The translations under genes were made by a program, and so were the position numbers. A model generated the notes under the pieces. It did not search any database. It was given only the letters and a program-made list of their open reading frames with translations, and was not told the DNA's origin. Positions 61,651 through 64,000 of a stretch of DNA of 64,000 nt are shown here, piece by piece; the stretch's first letter is position 1, and each line of letters starts with the position of its first letter. This DNA comes from Sulfurimonas sp. (lineage in GTDB: Bacteria > Campylobacterota > Campylobacteria > Campylobacterales > Sulfurimonadaceae): the NCBI GenBank assembly GCA_027019335.1, contig JALUWV010000025.1, positions 19,048 through 83,047 on the forward strand, written 5' to 3'.

Positions 61651-62612
61651 ATAATCGTGTAAATTATACCTTTGTTGGAAGTTTTGTTTTAGTTGGAATT
61701 ATAGCAATTTTAAGCCTTTCTTATTGGATGCTTCGTCCTTCCGATGAAGCAAAAACAAGGGAATACAACATCTATTTTAATGAGTCTGTTTTGGGCTTAA
61801 ATATTGATGCTCCTGTAAAATACCGAGGTATTAAAGTCGGAAAAGTAACGCACCTTCAAATCAATCCTGCCAATACAGAGCAAGTAGAAGTGCAAGTAAC
61901 TATCTTACAATCAACACCTATCAAAGAATCAACAGTTGCCCGTTTGACAGCACAGGGGATTACTGGTTTAACCTATATCAATCTGACCTTAGGGAAAAAT
62001 ACTTCACCCCCACTGAGAAAAAAAGCAGGTGAAACATGCCCGACTATCAAAACCACCCCTTCATTTTTTGAAAATATGGAACAATCTTTAGGGGGACTCT
62101 CTGTTGATTTAACAAAAACTTTGCAAGGGACACAAAAATTACTTGACGATAAAAATCAAAAGCAAATTGCACAAATCTTGCAAAATACTGCGAGCCTTAC
62201 AAAAAAACTCAATAAACTTTTAGATGAAGAAACCATTCAACATCTTCAAAAATCCTCAGCACATTTGGACTCTTTAACATATAAAATAGATAAACTCATC
62301 CCAAATATAGATGGTTTTATAGCCAATAGCATCTCTTGGGAAAATGATATTTCTGGCTCATTTGACTCTATTATGAAAAGTTATGTAGGCATTACAGCCT
62401 CAATGACAGAGATTAAAAGAGCGGTGGCAAGTGGTGAATTTAACATTAAAGATATAAGTGCAGATGTCATCCCAAATATGAATCAAACATTTTTAGATAT
62501 GCAAACAATGATGATAAAGTTAGATGATGTCCTCCGCCAATACGAACAGAGTCCATCAGATATATTTTTTAAAGAAGGAACTATTAAAAAAGCACCAGGG
62601 GAAATAGAGTGA
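61647..62612 (+). CDS. MlaD/MCE-family protein
   Basis: N-terminal TM, GLNIDAPVKYRGIKVGKV, QGITGLTYINL, helical tail. Confidence 0.92.
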   Translation: MNNRVNYTFVGSFVLVGIIAILSLSYWMLRPSDEAKTREYNIYFNESVLGLNIDAPVKYRGIKVGKVTHLQINPANTEQVEVQVTILQSTPIKESTVARLTAQGITGLTYINLTLGKNTSPPLRKKAGETCPTIKTTPSFFENMEQSLGGLSVDLTKTLQGTQKLLDDKNQKQIAQILQNTASLTKKLNKLLDEETIQHLQKSSAHLDSLTYKIDKLIPNIDGFIANSISWENDISGSFDSIMKSYVGITASMTEIKRAVASGEFNIKDISADVIPNMNQTFLDMQTMMIKLDDVLRQYEQSPSDIFFKEGTIKKAPGEIE

Positions 62613-63208
62613 AAAAGATTATTTTTTTATTATTGAGTATACTGCTTTTTACATCATGTACGAAAGTACAGCCATATGTGAAATCATATAGGATAGAAAC
62701 TCTTGTCAATATCGATACCTATGTTAAGTCACAATGTGGTCAAGAGAGTATTCGAGTTGCAAATGTTTTGAGTGAAAACAGCTTGATGTTGGAGAAAATG
62801 CATTATGTGAGTGGGCAGTATAATGTTGCATCTTTTACAGAATCTAAGTGGAGTGAAGCCCCAAACAAAGCTATCACTGCAGCTATTGTAAAAGTACTTG
62901 AAGATGCAAATCTTTATAAACATGTCGAAAATACAAGGTCTTTTGTGCGGAGTGATTTGATTTTAGAAAATCATCTCGAAGATTTTATGCAGTATTTTAT
63001 AAAAAATGATACAGAGTCTTATGTACGAGTTGTGATAAGTGCAACACTTGTCGATAGAAAAACGAAAAAAAGTCTTGTAAGTAGAAAATTTATACAAAGA
63101 GAAGCGACAAAAAGCCGAGATGCTTATGGTGGTGTTGTCGCTTTAAACAAAGCACTTGAACACATTTTAAAAGAAGAGTTAGTATGGTTAGAGGAGCAGT
63201 GCCAATGA
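62609..63208 (+). CDS. ABC-transport auxiliary lipoprotein (PqiC-like)
   Basis: Lipobox FTSC, SKWSEAP motif, last gene of the MCE operon. Confidence 0.85.
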   Translation: MKKIIFLLLSILLFTSCTKVQPYVKSYRIETLVNIDTYVKSQCGQESIRVANVLSENSLMLEKMHYVSGQYNVASFTESKWSEAPNKAITAAIVKVLEDANLYKHVENTRSFVRSDLILENHLEDFMQYFIKNDTESYVRVVISATLVDRKTKKSLVSRKFIQREATKSRDAYGGVVALNKALEHILKEELVWLEEQCQ

Positions 63209-64000
63209 TAGAAGAAATAGAGTATAAGAAACGCAGGGAGACTTTAGTTAAGAAACTCAAAAACAATTCACTTTCCGTACTTTTTAGTGCAGTGCAACAA
63301 ATACGTTCGAATGATACAGAATTTGTTTTCCGTCAAAATAGTAATTTTTACTATATGACAGGTTTTAGAGAAGATAACTGTACCTTGGTTTTTCTCAAAA
63401 AAAAAGGCAAAACAAAGACAATACTTTTTGTTCAAAAAAAAGACAAACTCAAAGAACTTTGGACGGGAAAACGACTGGGAGTCAAAGAGAGTAAGAAAAG
63501 ATTTCTTGTGGATAAAGTGTATGCTCAAGAAGATTTTGAAACTATGTTAAAACAATATATGCAAGGTATTACATCAATAAATTACGATTTTAACTCCTAC
63601 ACAGATAAAGCAAAAGTACTCCATGCTTATGCCAAAGATATGCTGAGTTACTCTAATCTTGCAAAACCTATAGAGCAGATGCGTTTGCTTAAATCTCCTG
63701 CAGAAATAGCACTTATCCGAAAAGCGATTGCCATTACAAAAGAAGCACATCACAAGGCAATGCAAGTGAGTAAAGAGTGTCGTTATGAGTATGAACTTCA
63801 AGCAGAAATAGAGTATGTTTTTAAAAAAAATGCAGCCTTTAGTGATGCATATACTTCCATCGTTGCCAGTGGAAATAATGCCAATACTTTGCACTATATA
63901 GAAAATGATAAGCCCCTACATCATGGAGATTTGATTTTGATAGATGCGGGGTGTGAGTACAACTACTATGCGAGTGATATTACACGCACTATTCCTGTTT
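63205..64000 (+). CDS. pepP: Xaa-Pro aminopeptidase (partial; runs off right edge; absent from ORF track)
   Basis: ATG 63205 MIEEIEYKKRR; RSNDTEFVFRQNSNFYYMTG; MRLLKSPAEI; NANTLHY; LIDAGCEYNYYASDITRT. Confidence 0.93.
   Translation, partial: MIEEIEYKKRRETLVKKLKNNSLSVLFSAVQQIRSNDTEFVFRQNSNFYYMTGFREDNCTLVFLKKKGKTKTILFVQKKDKLKELWTGKRLGVKESKKRFLVDKVYAQEDFETMLKQYMQGITSINYDFNSYTDKAKVLHAYAKDMLSYSNLAKPIEQMRLLKSPAEIALIRKAIAITKEAHHKAMQVSKECRYEYELQAEIEYVFKKNAAFSDAYTSIVASGNNANTLHYIENDKPLHHGDLILIDAGCEYNYYASDITRTIPV

Noticed and set aside
63396-63404. A9 tract in pepP and other A/T runs as phase-variation sites
   Set aside because: A/T runs are expected in AT-rich DNA, frames are intact, and I saw no long poly-G/C tracts.
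1593-63894. Many 60-175 aa ORFs antisense to or nested in recognised genes (e.g. 12236-12733, 35979-36425, 43685-44209, 57435-57671, 63268-63528)
   Set aside because: They overlap well-supported genes and show no recognisable motifs; they reflect codon bias on the coding strand.
1-64000. CRISPR arrays, tRNA/rRNA genes, IS elements, prophage
   Set aside because: No regularly spaced repeats, no intergenic space with RNA-gene features, and no DDE transposase, integrase or phage genes were recognised by eye.

Overview
AT-rich chromosomal window from a free-living Campylobacterota bacterium, most likely Sulfurimonas or a close relative. This is inferred from gene content and order (ctpA-purC-purS-purQ-plsC-crcB; cheZ-U32-purE-DUF3972-glyQ; greA-argC-lpxH-cheV-cheA-cheW), not from a marker gene. 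Most of the window is housekeeping: purine, histidine, lysine and arginine synthesis, the thioredoxin system, grpE-dnaK, lepA, prs, chemotaxis and an Mla-type ABC transporter. I saw no rRNA, tRNA, CRISPR array or IS element. Two genes missing from the ORF track run off the edges: an ABCG/White-type ABC protein with a TerB-like N-terminus (1514 to <1, minus) and pepP (63205 to >64000, plus). The best candidate for an undescribed system is 1-7971. It is a trans-envelope module (periplasmic LolA-like protein, DUF1302-type outer-membrane barrel, MMPL/RND transporter, then the ABCG protein) transcribed divergently from a 98-aa Ala/Gly-rich protein with expression-biased codons, with mirror-image 11-bp-periodic TGTGACA repeats between them. 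My hypothesis, which is inference only, is trafficking of a hydrophobic cargo, possibly elemental sulfur/polysulfide, with a small coat or carrier protein. Other oddities: a secreted rhodanese coupled to a membrane Fe-S/cNMP protein, a 1299-aa tandem DUF445 protein, a TA islet at the recG 3' end with a 12-bp duplication, an Rpn-family gene, an LRV-repeat/MoxR pair with no VWA partner, two CZB-domain sensors and five apparently leaderless genes.
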